DNA from: Selaginella moellendorffii
Taxonomy: Eukaryota > Plantae > Lycopodiophyta
Direction: 5' to 3'
Assembly (NCBI RefSeq): GCF_000143415.4
Contig: NW_003314279.1
Location: forward strand, 682,130 to 746,129
DNA length: 64,000 nucleotides
Of the stretch, positions 46,018 through 58,547 are shown in pieces. The first letter of the stretch is position 1, and each line of letters starts with the position of its first letter. Below the pieces are notes generated by a model that did not search any database, had not been told where the DNA came from, and worked only from the letters and a program-made list of their open reading frames with translations. A program made the translations under genes and the position numbers.

Positions 46018-48252
46018 ATGGATTTAGCCGCGGCGCCATCGACAAACTCGAAACCCAGCGAGCTTCCACAGTCACGAGAAAAGAAAACAACAGTGGCAGG
46101 AAAATCCATCTCCAGTTTCCTAGTAGCACTCAGGGAATGCTCCAATGCGAGGGACTTGAGAAGTGGAAAAAATCTCCATGCCGAGGCGATCAACAAAGGC
46201 TGGAGCTCGACCACTTACGTATCAAACAGCCTTGTCAACATGTACGCAAAGTGTGGAAGCTTGGCCGATGCTCGCGAGGTGTTCGACAAGATGCAAACAC
46301 GCAGTGTGGTCTCTTGGAACTCCCTAGTGCTGGGATACGTCGACAATGGCGAGCCAAGAGTGGCGCTGGAGCTCTTTGAAAAGATGCTAGCGGGGAGGAG
46401 ATGCGAGCCAAGCGCACTGACTTTCATGGCGGCGCTCAAAGCTTGCGCGGCTATGGCGGCCAGCGAGCACAGCCACAGGGTGGAAGGGAAGTCTCTCAAG
46501 CTCCGGTGCTTGGAGATTGGCATGGCGGTGTACTCTCGAGCCGCCATGGCCGGTTTCGACACAGACATCCTCGTCGCCACCACGCTCGTCAACATGTTTG
46601 CGAAGTGTGGGAGCTTGGACGACGCTCGGAGGATCTTCGACGCCATGCCGAACCACAGCGTCGTCTCCTGGAACGCCATGCTGCTTGGCTGCGTCGAGAA
46701 TGGTCGCGCGAAGCTGGCGCTCGATTTGTTCTCCAGGATGCTGCAAACCAAGACTCTCGCGAACTCGAGGACTTTCGTCGCCGCTTTCAAGGCTTGTGCT
46801 GCTCTAGCCGACGAAGAACAGGGCCGGGAACTCGATGATCACAGTGGAAAGATACTCAAGCTAAAGTCGCTGGAGACAGCCATGGCGCTCCACCTGCTCG
46901 CCGCAAGCTCCCGCGCCTGCGATCTCTCCGCCAACTTGTTCGTGGTGAGCGGCTTGATCGACATGTACGCGAAGTCTGGCTGCATGGATCTTGCGCGCCG
47001 CCAGTTCGATGCCTTCCAAGCTCGTCACGACGTGGTGTCAACCACGGCCTTGCTACTGGGATACGCCGAGAACGGCGAGGAGGAGAGAGCGCTGGATCTC
47101 TTCTCCAAACTCCCGGGAGACGTGGAGCCAGGCACGCCAACTTTCGTGGCGGCGATCAAGGCGTGTACCGGCATGGCCGCGAGGGAGGAGCCCCGGCAGC
47201 TCGGCAAGCTCGCGATCAAAGCTCGGTCTCTCGAAACCGGCATGGCGATCCATGCTCGACTGATCGCCTCGCGGTTGCTCGATCTGGACAAGTTCGCGGC
47301 GAGCAGCCTCGTGGACATGTACGCGAAGTGTGGCAGCGCGCTCGACTCAGGGCACGCGTTCGCCGCGATCGAGCGTCCGGACACCGTCGCGTGGAACGCG
47401 CTCATCCTCAGCTACGCGGACACCGGCGAGGAATCCCTGGCGCTCGAATCCCTCGCGCGGATGGAGCTCGCCGCCGCGGATCGCTGCTCGTGCCGCCCGG
47501 ATTCCAGGACCTACGCCGCCGCGCTCAAGGCCTGCGGCAATCTGGCCTCGCTCGCGCAATGCCGGAGGATCCACTCGGCACTTCTCCGGCGCGGCTTTCG
47601 CGAAGAACACGACGAGGTCCTCGCGAATTGCCTGGTGGACGTGTACGGCAGGTGTGGCGGCATGGGCGACGCGCGCCGGGTGTTTGACTCCATGCCCGCC
47701 GCCGGTCTGGTGACGTGGAACACGCTCCTGGCGGGCTACGGCCGACAGGGGGACACCGACATGGTGTTCCGGAGCTTGGGGAGCATGTCGCGCGAGGGCG
47801 GGCACGCCGACACGGTGACGCTCACGTCGCTCCTGGCGGCGTGCAGCCACGCGGGGCTGGTGGGCAAGGCTCGCCAGATCTTTGGAGCGATCGCGATTGG
47901 CGGGGGAAACCATGATGGAGTGTTTAGCAGGATCTCTCCGGAGATCGGGCACTACCACGCGATGATCGACATGCTGGGCAGGGCGAACGAGCTCGAGGAG
48001 GCGGCGGCGATGGTGGCGGCGATGCCATTCCAGCCCAGCGCCGTGACGTGGATGATCCTGCTCAACGCGTGCGCGAAGTGGCGGAACGTCGCCGTGGGGC
48101 GGCGGGCGTTTGAGTCGCTGGTACCGCTCGGCGGCACCGCGGCCGCCGCCGCGCACGTGCTAATGTCCAACATCTACGAGAGCGAGCCTCCTCTTGACAC
48201 GTGGCAGCCCCAGCAGCTGCCAAGTGTTCTAGGGCCACCCATGTCGCATTAG
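46018..48252 (+). CDS. PLS-class PPR protein with truncated E region, intronless
   Basis: Repeats 'NSLVNMYAKCGSL.DAR.VFD.M...VVSWN', 'ACSHAGLV' and 'HY..MIDMLGRA'. ORF is open from 45931. Confidence 0.92.
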   Translation: MDLAAAPSTNSKPSELPQSREKKTTVAGKSISSFLVALRECSNARDLRSGKNLHAEAINKGWSSTTYVSNSLVNMYAKCGSLADAREVFDKMQTRSVVSWNSLVLGYVDNGEPRVALELFEKMLAGRRCEPSALTFMAALKACAAMAASEHSHRVEGKSLKLRCLEIGMAVYSRAAMAGFDTDILVATTLVNMFAKCGSLDDARRIFDAMPNHSVVSWNAMLLGCVENGRAKLALDLFSRMLQTKTLANSRTFVAAFKACAALADEEQGRELDDHSGKILKLKSLETAMALHLLAASSRACDLSANLFVVSGLIDMYAKSGCMDLARRQFDAFQARHDVVSTTALLLGYAENGEEERALDLFSKLPGDVEPGTPTFVAAIKACTGMAAREEPRQLGKLAIKARSLETGMAIHARLIASRLLDLDKFAASSLVDMYAKCGSALDSGHAFAAIERPDTVAWNALILSYADTGEESLALESLARMELAAADRCSCRPDSRTYAAALKACGNLASLAQCRRIHSALLRRGFREEHDEVLANCLVDVYGRCGGMGDARRVFDSMPAAGLVTWNTLLAGYGRQGDTDMVFRSLGSMSREGGHADTVTLTSLLAACSHAGLVGKARQIFGAIAIGGGNHDGVFSRISPEIGHYHAMIDMLGRANELEEAAAMVAAMPFQPSAVTWMILLNACAKWRNVAVGRRAFESLVPLGGTAAAAAHVLMSNIYESEPPLDTWQPQQLPSVLGPPMSH

Positions 48253-48437
48253 GGCAACGTGCACAGGTTAGTCGGACGTGGCCTTTAAATATCTGCCACG
48301 TCATGGACACTTTGCCCTAAAAGCTCTGATTCGTTTGCTGCCACCATATCGCCCCAGGGAGCACTAGCAAAAGGGCCAACTCGTACCCATTCGGATTGTC
48401 ACTTCACCGTCTCTTAAATCTCTGCTCTCTTTTTCTC

Positions 48438-48471
<34 letters not shown>

Positions 48472-49452
48472 TCCAGATCAACTTGCACTTCATCTTTGGT
48501 TTCTACTCTATGATCATTTTTGTGTGTGGGCGAAAATCTTTCGTGCCGAAAGAGACAACGGGACCCCGCCTCTCGCCCCAGCGCATTTCCACGCGAGTGA
48601 ATTACCTGGGCACCACACGTCGTTGAAATCGACCATTTGTTTAAGTCCTCCATGCTACGCGGAATCGGTCTTGAGGCGAACGCAGCCCACATTTTACAAT
48701 GCAGTTGAGGATAACGGGAAATCAACTCCACACCTTTTCTAGAGCCCTGGTTTTTGCAAGAAAATTCCGAGTTTTTGACGATGAAAAACACTGCGTGACT
48801 TCGCAAAGGAGAGCGTGGAACGTCATAGGGGAGTGGGAGCTCCCGGGATCGTGGAGATGAAGCGACGAGCGGGATTGAGCGAGCTGAGTGGCTTGGAACG
48901 GAGCGGGAATGTGGAGGAAAGTTTTTTCAATCGCATTGTATCTCAATGGGCACCGCAAGACTATAAATAGCATATAGATAGATAGACAGATCGATAAATA
49001 GTATATCGTGGTTAATCATTTGAAGTGCTCGCGTACACCCAAACGCTTGGCACTAGTACTGCCCGACGATCTTTGCTGCGCCTATAATTCTCTATAACTC
49101 TTTATATTTCTTTTCTTTTTTGTGGGCTATAGAATTTCACACATTGTTGCTATACTATTCTACTCCTTGTATCAGATCTTCCATACAAGGATAATCCGAA
49201 AGGAGATCACACTTCCTTGGAGAAGATTCAATGAAACTATATTAAAGTTTTGAGACCAATCTTTGTTCGTCATTGTCGTCATCTCGGCTATATCATGGCT
49301 GGAAGAACGCATACATATAACCAGAGGAAAAACACGGAAACAGAAATTCGAAGTAAAGAACGAGGAAAGGAAAAAAAAAAAAAAACGCAAGAGAGACAAA
49401 CTTCCGCTAGAGCCTGGCTAAAGATCGCCGAGAAATCGGTGATTGATTTTTA

Positions 49453-49932
49453 TCAATCCAACTCGGATTCCATGTCGATGGTGCTGCCGGTGCTGGCGGT
49501 GGTGGACAGGAAAGTGGCGGTGGCGGAGGAGTCGCCGCTGGAGCTGGATTCCAGCGGCGGCGATGGCTCCTCCTCAGTCTCGGTCTCCTCTAGCTCCTGA
49601 TCGGTCTCGCCGCCCAATTCGTCGTCCGAATCGTGGCGGAGCATCTGGAGGACGAGCCTCCCCTGGCTGCGGATGGGCTGGAAGAGCATGAGCTGCGCGC
49701 CGTGCGCCGCCTTGATCTCGTGGAGCACCACGCGATTGTTGCTGCGATTGGCCGAGAGGAGCGTCCACGGCACCTGGAGCGGCAGATGGTTGTAGCTCGT
49801 GCGCGCCAGCGATGGCATCGGCGGCGGGAATTCCCCCTTTCTGAAACGGTGGGGGTGCTGATCGTCCTCCGCGCTGCTCTTCTCCATTTGGGGCAGCTGG
49901 ATCATCGAATCGACCATCACGGGACCTCTCAT
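49453..49932 (-). CDS. FANTASTIC FOUR (FAF)-domain protein
   Basis: 'FPPPMPSL...NNRVVLHEI...FQPIRSQGRLVLQM' followed by an acidic Ser-rich tail. Confidence 0.75.
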   Translation of the reverse strand: MRGPVMVDSMIQLPQMEKSSAEDDQHPHRFRKGEFPPPMPSLARTSYNHLPLQVPWTLLSANRSNNRVVLHEIKAAHGAQLMLFQPIRSQGRLVLQMLRHDSDDELGGETDQELEETETEEEPSPPLESSSSGDSSATATFLSTTASTGSTIDMESELD

Positions 49933-51674
49933 TCTTGCCTCCTTTTCTTTTTCTCCTCCCTCGCTAGCTGGATCGATCAGACGATCCGGGCGCGCGGCGC
50001 GACTGGATTGGATTTCAATCGGCTAAAAAACAGAGGAAGATAAGAGGAGCGCCAGGCCAGAGGGGATCCCAGAATCGATCCAATCGCGCAAAGGGAATCC
50101 AATCCAATAGACTGGGAACTGTGATGGGCGCTACTACTGCATTGATCGCTCACGCTCTTGGGTGAAAGACACAGGAAGAAAACTAAGTGGACTACCTAGC
50201 AGGATATTACTGGTGGTATATATAGGAATATCCCCCGGCGGCTAGGGCTTTGCTTTCACTCTCCTTATAATTCAAAACCAAGAGAATCAGTGTCAGGGCC
50301 AAAACTAGTATGCTTCATGACAACACGAAACCATGTATCATAGCCTAATTCTTCTAACGGATTTTCCCACCGCCACCCCACCACCCAAAACAAAATTTTC
50401 TCCCTTCTTCCAGAGAACAAGTGGGATATCCCTTGCATCTTCCATGGACCAATCACATTTACAGGCACACGCCCGTTTCGTTTGGCGGAGCCGAGCCGAG
50501 TCTACGCTTTCTCTTCTCTCCTCTTTTGTGGTTTTGGAGTTTTCCATTCATCAAAGTTCGTTTGGAAGTGCACACGTCCACACACAAGAGTTTATGTGTG
50601 CACGCTTTGCGGCAGTAGGAAACAACTAGAAAAAGGAGAAGATACTCCTCGTTTGCTGGAATTTTCTCACCGCTGATCACTCTCGGTTTCTTGCGAAGAT
50701 CGTATCGTCTCGTCTCGGTCGATCGGTGGCGACAAACTCGCATCATGGAAATTAATGGCGAGGAAATCGGGCAATGCAGCAAATGCCCACTGCTGGGATT
50801 TCTTTCGAAGCTGACGTGGCGGTAATGTTGCCCGGGCCAGCCGGCAATATGAGGTGGCGGCATCGGATTTGTCTCGTTTTCCACGGCAGAACTTATGAGT
50901 ACATTCCGTGGCTGGAAAAGCTTGGGCCATCGCTGGGCGTCCACGTGGCATCTGGCGTGGAACGCATCCAGAGAGGATAAAAAGTCCCCACTCCTCTCTT
51001 TTCCTTGTCATTTTTTCTGGTGGTTTGTTTGTCCACTGGCCAGAGAAAACTGTTACTCCATAGCCATTGGACCAGTGACGCTTTCACGCTTTTAGAGATA
51101 GATAGCCCATTTGCGAGTGTACCACCTCTGAAGATTAGGGCTCCAGCCTTCCGTTCTACTTATCGAACAAGATCTCGCCAACCGCATTGTCTGCATTGGC
51201 CAGCCAGTTTTAGGGCCCCAGTACCTTTGAAATCTCCGCATTTAAAGGCTCAACGTTGATGTGGTGTCAATCACACAAGCGCCCAGCATTATCATCTCAC
51301 GCAATCTCTCCTGAAACTCGGGCAAATCGAAATAACAAAAAGAGGACAGCCACTCCAATTTTCACTTGGCTTTTCACTTAAAAGGCATGGAAGTGATATC
51401 AAAATCTCCCAAGGCTGTTGCGGCGAGATCATGTCCTCCCAGAAACTTTGCTAGTTGCCGGCACGATTCCACAAAATGATACAGGACGATACCTGGAAAC
51501 TGGTGTCTCGAATGAAAGCCACCACTTTCCCCTTGCAACTTGGGGGACTCCTATCCGTCCGTGCAATCCAACGGCTGGCATTCAAACAAAAGCATATTCT
51601 CCAGCACCGAGAATATACCCCTCCCGGCAAATTCTTTTAAACTAAAAGTCAATAGGTAATGGACTTGTTCTTCC

Positions 51675-52820
51675 ATGGGATACAAATGCCGCCGCCGCCG
51701 CCACTGGCCACTGCTTGATCTCATCGCGATCGCTTTCTTCTGCCATGGAGCAAAATCCGAAATGTCTTCCCCGCGGCAGGAAGATCAGTGCTCCACCGAT
51801 GGTTTGCTCCGAGAATTCGAGCACTGCGTGGCCTTGGGAGCGCAGGGTGCGTTCCTGGCGTGGAATTTCTTCGCCCAAAACCAGAGCTTGGATCTGGCGT
51901 TCTCGGGTGAGTCCCCGGGCTGGGCTGGATGGGGCTACAATCCAATCGGGGACAACATGATCGGCAGCAGCGCTCTCATCGCCTTTCGAAACGCCACTGG
52001 AGCTCACCTCCATCTCTACAGCATCACCAGCGAGACCTACACGTACCGCTCGCTTCATCCCTCCGCCTCCAATTCCACCCCGGATCTCCAGCTCGCGAGA
52101 ACAAACTGGATCAAAATCTCTGGAGCGAGCATCCAGTTCTCCGCCAGGATCAAGTTCCGCTCCAATTCCTCCAGGATCTTCCACATCTGGACGCGAGGAA
52201 CAGGAGTCAACGGCGATTCACCGCTGCCGCACAGTGTCACCCGATCGAGCGAACTGCGAGGGCGAGGGACGCTCGATCTCGCCAATGGAACTGGCGTCCT
52301 TGGCAAGGCTCCAAGCCTGGCGCTTAAGATCACACACGGATTGCTCTGCGCCGCCTCGTGGGGATTTCTTTTGCCGCTGGGAGCGATCGCGGCTCGATAC
52401 CTCCGGCGATTCGATCCGGCCTGGTTCTACGCCCACGAATGCTGCCAGGGGCTAGGGTTCTTGCTGGGCACCGCCGGCTATGGCATCGGCCTGAGCCTGG
52501 GAGCCAAATCTACGGGGATCGAGTACACCACTCACCGCAGGATCGGCATCACCGTCTTCACCTTGGGATCACTCCAAGCGATCGCGTTCTTCCTCCGCGC
52601 CAAGAAGGATCACAAGCTCCGCTGGCTGTGGAGCTTGTACCACCGAACCGTGGGCTACACCGTCATCGCCCTGTCGATCGCCAACGTCTTCGAGGGATTG
52701 GACATCTTCTCGCCGGAGAGAGCGTGGAGAAGAGCCTACATTGGCGTGATCGCTGGGCTGGCCTCCATGGCCGCCCTCCTGGAAATCGCAAGAACCCTAA
52801 AACCCCAGCTATTTGGCTGA
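51675..52820 (+). CDS. DOMON + cytochrome b561 protein (CYBDOM), intronless
   Basis: Signal peptide, 'GWAGWGYNP..NMIGSSALIA', 'HGLL...SWG.LLPLG..ARY...WFYAH', 'THRRIG' and 'YHRTVGY' heme-ligand His residues. Confidence 0.92.
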   Translation: MGYKCRRRRHWPLLDLIAIAFFCHGAKSEMSSPRQEDQCSTDGLLREFEHCVALGAQGAFLAWNFFAQNQSLDLAFSGESPGWAGWGYNPIGDNMIGSSALIAFRNATGAHLHLYSITSETYTYRSLHPSASNSTPDLQLARTNWIKISGASIQFSARIKFRSNSSRIFHIWTRGTGVNGDSPLPHSVTRSSELRGRGTLDLANGTGVLGKAPSLALKITHGLLCAASWGFLLPLGAIAARYLRRFDPAWFYAHECCQGLGFLLGTAGYGIGLSLGAKSTGIEYTTHRRIGITVFTLGSLQAIAFFLRAKKDHKLRWLWSLYHRTVGYTVIALSIANVFEGLDIFSPERAWRRAYIGVIAGLASMAALLEIARTLKPQLFG

Positions 52821-53231
52821 TGGTTAACCAAGGGTAAAAATAGCTTAAAGGAAAACCTGTTTTGATTAAATTATTCTGCGAATGTTACATGGCATATGTG
52901 TTTAACTAAGGGGGGAAAATAATTTATTTATACACCGTTGGATGCGATCAAAACCCACACGAGGTGAAGATCTCATCGTTGGTGTGGAAGTAACAATTGT
53001 TTACGTCGGGCTGGCACCTTGCTACCCAGCTACACACGCAGCTTAACCGGCCTCCGGTGGCACACTCCACGTAGGGTCCGTCGGGCGAGCACGTCGGAGG
53101 CGTGGAGCACACTGCTTTTATTCCAATTTACACCAAGGCTTTAGTAGCTAGTCAATGAGCGTGGACTAAGAAGGAAGACGACGACGAACGAGGTTATAAG
53201 AGAGTAAGGTGGACTTGGGCTGACCGCGAAT

Positions 53232-54218
53232 CTAGTACGTACCGTCCGTTGCTTGGAGCAGGCGACGGTTGTGATATGCGCTGACCGGCGTGGCGGCTCC
53301 GCCGTTGACCTTTTCTTCTCCCATGGTGTAGGACGTGGTGGGCGCCTGGGCCTCGAAGGAGGCGCTGGGCGAGATCTGCTGCTCCTGGTACGCGGCCACT
53401 GGGAAGATTTGATCGAGATGGAGGGAGGAGACCGGCACCTGGGCGAGGAGCTCCTCGCTCAATCGGCGATCCATCTTGAGCGACGCGGTCGGGGCGAGCT
53501 GATCCGGGTGGTGATCCATTCCCACGCTCGCGGCGGGGGCCTGCGATCGATCGAAGTACATGTTCTCGAAGGACGCGGTGGGAGTGATGCTCTCCCTGGG
53601 GATGTGGTTGATCCCGCGGGATGCGACCGGAGCTTGGGCGGCGATGAAGTTCCTGCGCTCCTCGCGGGTCATCCCCATCATGGTGTCGAGCTCGCGATCG
53701 AGATTGGCGAGGGAGACGGCGGCGGGCTTGAGCGACGCGGTGGGAGCTTGTGAGATCTCCTCGATGTTCATCCGGCCTCTGTTCATGCCAAAGGAGGAGG
53801 TTGGCGCCTGGGACTCCCTCTCCATCGCCACAGGGACTTGCGCCTCCTCCTCCCAGTTCTCCATTCCAAAGATCCTGGAGGCCGTGGGAGCTTGCGCCGC
53901 TGCCTCCCACTTCTCCATTCCAAAGTTCTTGGAGGCGGTGGGAGCTTGCGCCTCGCGGTAGAAGGCGGCGGTCGGCACTTGGGCTCTCTCGCGGATGGAA
54001 TCATAGCCGAAGGACGCAGCGGGGGCTACTTGCTGTGGCTCGTACGAGGCCACTGGAGCTTGATCCAAGTTAGACAATGCCTCTGGAATTCACACACGAT
54101 CAGCACAGTTCTTTCTCTTCTCCATCGAGGAGCAATCCAATCGAAGCGGCAGCTTACCCGAGAACCGCATCACCAGAGCAATGCTCAAGAGAGCAAAGAC
54201 CAGCTTGGAGCTCCTCAT
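53232..54218 (-). CDS. Secreted protein with ~17 imperfect Q-A-P-T/V-A-S repeats and C-terminal RRLL
   Basis: Signal exon 'MRSSKLVFALLSIALVMRFS' spliced (54157-54083) in frame to the repeat ORF. Confidence 0.8.
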
Positions 54219-54517
54219 CTTTGCTTCTCCAAAAAGAGCGAGTGATCGATCGATCGACTGGGAAGAGTCCGAGAGCCTACATTTTGCTTGCTAGCCCGCT
54301 GGATTTTATACCCGCGGCAAGGGTGGCCAATTGTGCCTTTGTTTTTTACCTCGCAAGGCATGCTTCATGCCTTGCCCAAGTGGAGAGGTTCATAAGGAAC
54401 TGGCTAGTGCCATCCTGGCCTGACGCGTGGCATGTGAGAACAAATCACAGCCATACAATGCGGACCATGTGTAAAGGCCCTAAAACCCTCGTGATTTTAG
54501 GGCTCCTTCCTCCTGTG

Positions 54518-56301
54518 ATGGAGGAGGAGCGCGAGGAAGGGGGAAGCGATGGCGGCTTGCGCGGCAGCGGTGTGGCATTGATGTGCGTCTACGCGTTTTG
54601 TCTCCAGTTCACGCCGTCGGAGCCATACCTGGTGCCATTTCTCACCAAGGTGAAGGGATTCAGCAATAATGTGGTAAGGATTAGCTTAATCAGCTAGAAT
54701 GTGGCTCTGGGAATTCGATCGCTCACGAGGATTGAGCCACACTCGCAGGTCACCACCGAGATTTTTCCAGTGTCGGTATACTCTACGCTGGTCTTTACGC
54801 TTCTAGCCGCGCCGGCGTGTACTTATCTCAAGTATCGCTCGGTCATTTTGATTGGTACGTGAGTGAGTGTTTCGTTTTGATGATTCACAGTGCTCGGTTC
54901 TTCCAGGTACTTTGGGTCGTTTGTCGACGTTTTTTATCCTTCTTTTCGGAAGATCATTGCTCTCAATGCAGCTTATGCAGGTTTGTGACAACCTCAGAGA
55001 ATTTTGAGTTTTAGTTCTGATGTGTTTCCTTGTTTTGCTTTCTAGGCTACGTATGCGTTGGGAGTCGCCAGCGATCTCGTTTTTTCTTCCTACCTTTTTG
55101 TTCTCGTCAAGGAGAACATGTATCAGTCGCTGGTACGTACGCACAAGTTTGAGAAAAGTTCTTAGTTTCTTTTGGGAACTACAGACTAGTTTCACTCAGG
55201 CCTCATCCACATTTTCTTTTTTCATTGCTGCTGAGCTAAGTAGGTCCGGTCAGTGGGATCTCTAGGAACTGACTGGTTATATTTCCTTTTCTTTTCTCAG
55301 GTCAGCTCCTCGTTTCGGAGGGGGTTAACTTGATCGTTCTACTGTACATTTCAACGTGCATGGTATCCATGGATAGAAATGTTCTCGGAAGATTGTGCTG
55401 ACGATTTGCATCTGTGCTAGGTTGCACTTGCGTTGGTAGCATGCGTTTTTCTTCCGGTGGAAATGCGACACTGGATCGATGTATCTAGCTTGGGAGACTT
55501 GGAGCTGGACTGGGAAACTCCTACTTCTTCCTGTCAGGTATGGCATATCGTAGACGGCCTTCGGCTTCCCCACTTACAACTATGGTCTTAGAACTTCGTG
55601 GAATTGGTGAAAGCTACCTGGAGCAATCGAAGTCTACAACTACTGTCTCTCTGGTGGGTTTAAGATGTTCTTAGATGACTTAACCACGCATCGTTTTTTG
55701 TAGGTGGGCTTTTCAGCTAGGCGGCACGGCGATGATCGAGAATTACGGCACGAATCTGTTCGATGCTGTCGATCCAACGTCCATCTACAACGGCCATGTC
55801 ATTGCTGCAACGCAAGGGGCGTCTTGTGTTGCAGCTCTCATCGCTGTTCCAGCTTCTCGCTACACGTCAAAGGCTGGTGGTCTGCTCTACGCCGGAGGAT
55901 CTGGACTGACATGGCTGCTGTGCGTTGTACTGTCCCGCTCCAAGGCCTTGTGGATCGTGCACGCAGCATACATCTTGTGTGTTGCTCTGAACAAGTTCCT
56001 TCTTTGCATCCTCTACGTCCAATGCGCTCGGTTTCTCTCTCACGGCCACTTTATTTTCTTGTTCAGCCTCAATGCTGTGGCAGCGCTGCTTGTCCAATCC
56101 TCTCTCCAGGCGTTCGTGGTACGTTTCGATTTGTTTCTGTACCTGACCAGTTTCCTTTTCTCGTTTATGCAGGAAGTCCTGAACGCCAACTTGTCCGCTC
56201 AGTTCTACTATGTTGGAAACTATTTTCTATTGCTAACCATTGTCTTTGCTGTGCTTGTGAAGGCATACTATCAATCGAGCAATGCTACATTACTTCGTTA
56301 A
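54518..56301 (+). CDS. SLC19 (reduced folate carrier/thiamine transporter) family protein
   Basis: 'YAFCLQFTPSEPYLVPFL..KGF.N.|V..EIFPVSVYS', 'MQLMQ|..YALG.ASD.VF.SY.F' and 'YNGHV.A' resemble SLC19 signature segments. Confidence 0.82.
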
Positions 56302-56369
56302 AGATAGAAAAACTGTTAAGTTGTTTTTTCTCCTGTTTTACTAATCCAATCTTGTCTACTTCTTCCTGT

Positions 56370-56513
56370 TCTGTGACAACCAGCCAGCAATTCTCTCTGG
56401 TTTGTTTCATCCCCAGAAATGTGTCCTCCAGTTCACCGCTTTCTAAGTTTCAGCAGGCCTTTCCCAATTGCAACAAGCTTCTCCAGATTCTCCGGGCCTG
56501 CGCAGCCAGACGT
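56370..56513 (-). pseudogene. Possible patatin C-terminal relic exon
   Basis: After a tgtag acceptor: 'AGPENLEKLVAIGKGLLK', then frameshifted 'AVNWRT' and 'ETNQREL', resembling the patatin 'ENL..LV.IG..LLK...VN..TG...TN...L' tail. Confidence 0.3.
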
Positions 56514-56747
56514 CTACAAAACTTGCAAAGTAAAAACAGGCAAAAGAGAGAAGCATGGATCGCAGGGAGTTTTGCTCGGATCGAAAGAGCAAGGGTTTAG
56601 GTCTTATGGAATTCATATTTCCGAATATGCGTCTGTTTGAATAACTCATCGCCAGCCGTCCATCTCCGAAATGGACGGCCAGCGTGCGTGCATTGCCACG
56701 GCGAAGAGAGAAGAAAGAGCAGAGCCACACACTTCTTTGATGTGAGG

Positions 56748-58503
56748 ATGAGCGCTGCTAGGGTTTGCGTTCCAGGTACCGGCGGATGCATCGGCACTGC
56801 CACCATCGCCAGGGGAGGCCGCGGATCAGCGCTGCTGCTGGGCGACGCCTCTCTTCGGTTCAGGTGGGAGGCTTGGCGCCAGGATTTGAGGGTAGGCCAC
56901 GGGCGCTCCATCACAGCTGTGGTAGAATGCGTCGCCTCCGATGCGTCGAGCGTCGAGGTGAAGGATTCCGGAAATGTGGACGTGGAGGAGGCTAAGGAAG
57001 ATCCGGCAGACGATGCGGAGGCTAAGGATTCGCTCGACAGTGCTGCCGAGAGCGATGAAGAGAAGGATTCGTCCGAGAAAGAAGGGAAGGGGTCTTCTAC
57101 TTACTGGCAGAACTTTCAAGCCATTCGTGCTCGGGTAAGGATTTTCTTTGGTTCTACGCTCATTCTTTTTGACTGATCGATTGTGTTGCAGAGGCTGCAA
57201 GACTGGAAAAGAGCTGAGAGCTTCCAAAAGAAAGGAGGGATTTTCCAAGCTAAGATAGAGTCCTTCAATCAAGGTGGCGTGGTGCTTCGTTTCTACAGTT
57301 TACGTGGTTTCTTGCCTTACTCTCAGCTGAGTTTAGCTCGGCTACCCCGAGGTAAGAGAAGAAGAGCTTTCCTTCGTTTTCACTTGGATTTTCCTTGCAG
57401 ACACGTCCAAGACTGTTATGGATGTGGGGAAAGAACTCATCGGAAAGTCTGTCCCTGTCTTGGTAAGTCCTTTCGTTTCTGATGCTCGTGACAACATAAA
57501 GCAATTCGCAGGTCATTGAAGCTGACAGAAAAAAGAGAAAGTTGGTGTTTTCCGAGAGGAAAGCTCTCTGGTCGCAGTTTGGCTCGAAGATTCAGATAGG
57601 AAACGTACTGGATGGCCAAGTTACCGGCATAGTTGATTATGGAGCCTTTGTGGACATTCGCTACGCAGATGGTTTGTTCTCTCGCGTTTCCTTTGGATGT
57701 TTGTTCTTACGGTTGGAGGGACAGGAACATACCCTGCGGTGGGCTTGGTTCATGTGAAGGAAATCTCCTGGGATACTGTAACTAATCCGCGAGACGTACT
57801 ATCAGTCGGCCAAGACGTGAAAGTAAAAGTGACCGGGATTGACGAGTAAGTCAAATCGGATCATTTCTCGCAAGCTCTTTTTCCTTTTTTTTTTTCCAGA
57901 GAAAGCATGAGGTTAGCGTTGTCTATAAGGCAACTGGAACCTGACCCACTCATGGAGACTCTGGATACATTGATGCCAAAGGTAGTGACTTCAGCACACA
58001 GTTTTCCAATTCCTGCAACACTCTAAGCACAGGATTCTTCAACGGAACCTGGCTCAAGCGACTCAGACGAGCAGCTGTTAAACTCACCTCTACCTGGGAT
58101 TGACAAGATCTGTGAGGAGCTGGAGAAGGAAAGCGGGTATGTATGCATTTGAAGTTCTCTCTTCTCACGACCAATATGATCACACGAACAGAGTAACTGC
58201 AGTGACTCTGGGTAGGCAAAAGCTCGAGAAGCACGTCGTGTCTCAAGATTTGGAACTCTGGCTTTCACAGGTAGGAGTATCGCTTAAGTAGCTCGAATCT
58301 AAGCATCGCAAATTCCATAGGGTCCGGTTGAAGACGGGCATATCACCCTCTTGGCACGCGCAGGCCGACAGGTAAACCACACGGAAATCCAAAACATCTA
58401 GCTGACATTCTCATTGCAGGTTCAAGAAGTTCACGTAACAACATCACTGGGAAGAGATGAAATGAAAGTTGCCGTGAAACGAGTCACGCAAAAGATCCCG
58501 TGA
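56748..58503 (+). CDS. Plastid S1-domain RNA-binding protein (SRRP1-like)
   Basis: Transit peptide, S1 repeats 'NQGGVV...LRGFLPYSQL' and 'DYGAFVD...GLVHV.EISWD', C-terminus 'VVSQDLELWLS..TLLARAGRQ|VQE'. Confidence 0.88.
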
Positions 58504-58547
58504 GTTGTACAAAACGCTTGTACATGAAGCTTTCCGGTTTGAGCTCT

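Noticed and set aside
48400-49100. CT-rich leader, G-boxes and 'gggagctccc' suggesting a miR319-type precursor
   Set aside because: No full mature miRNA match or long foldback was visible.
50265-51645. Many short ORFs between FAF and CYBDOM
   Set aside because: No motifs or consistent splice model; likely regulatory intergenic DNA.
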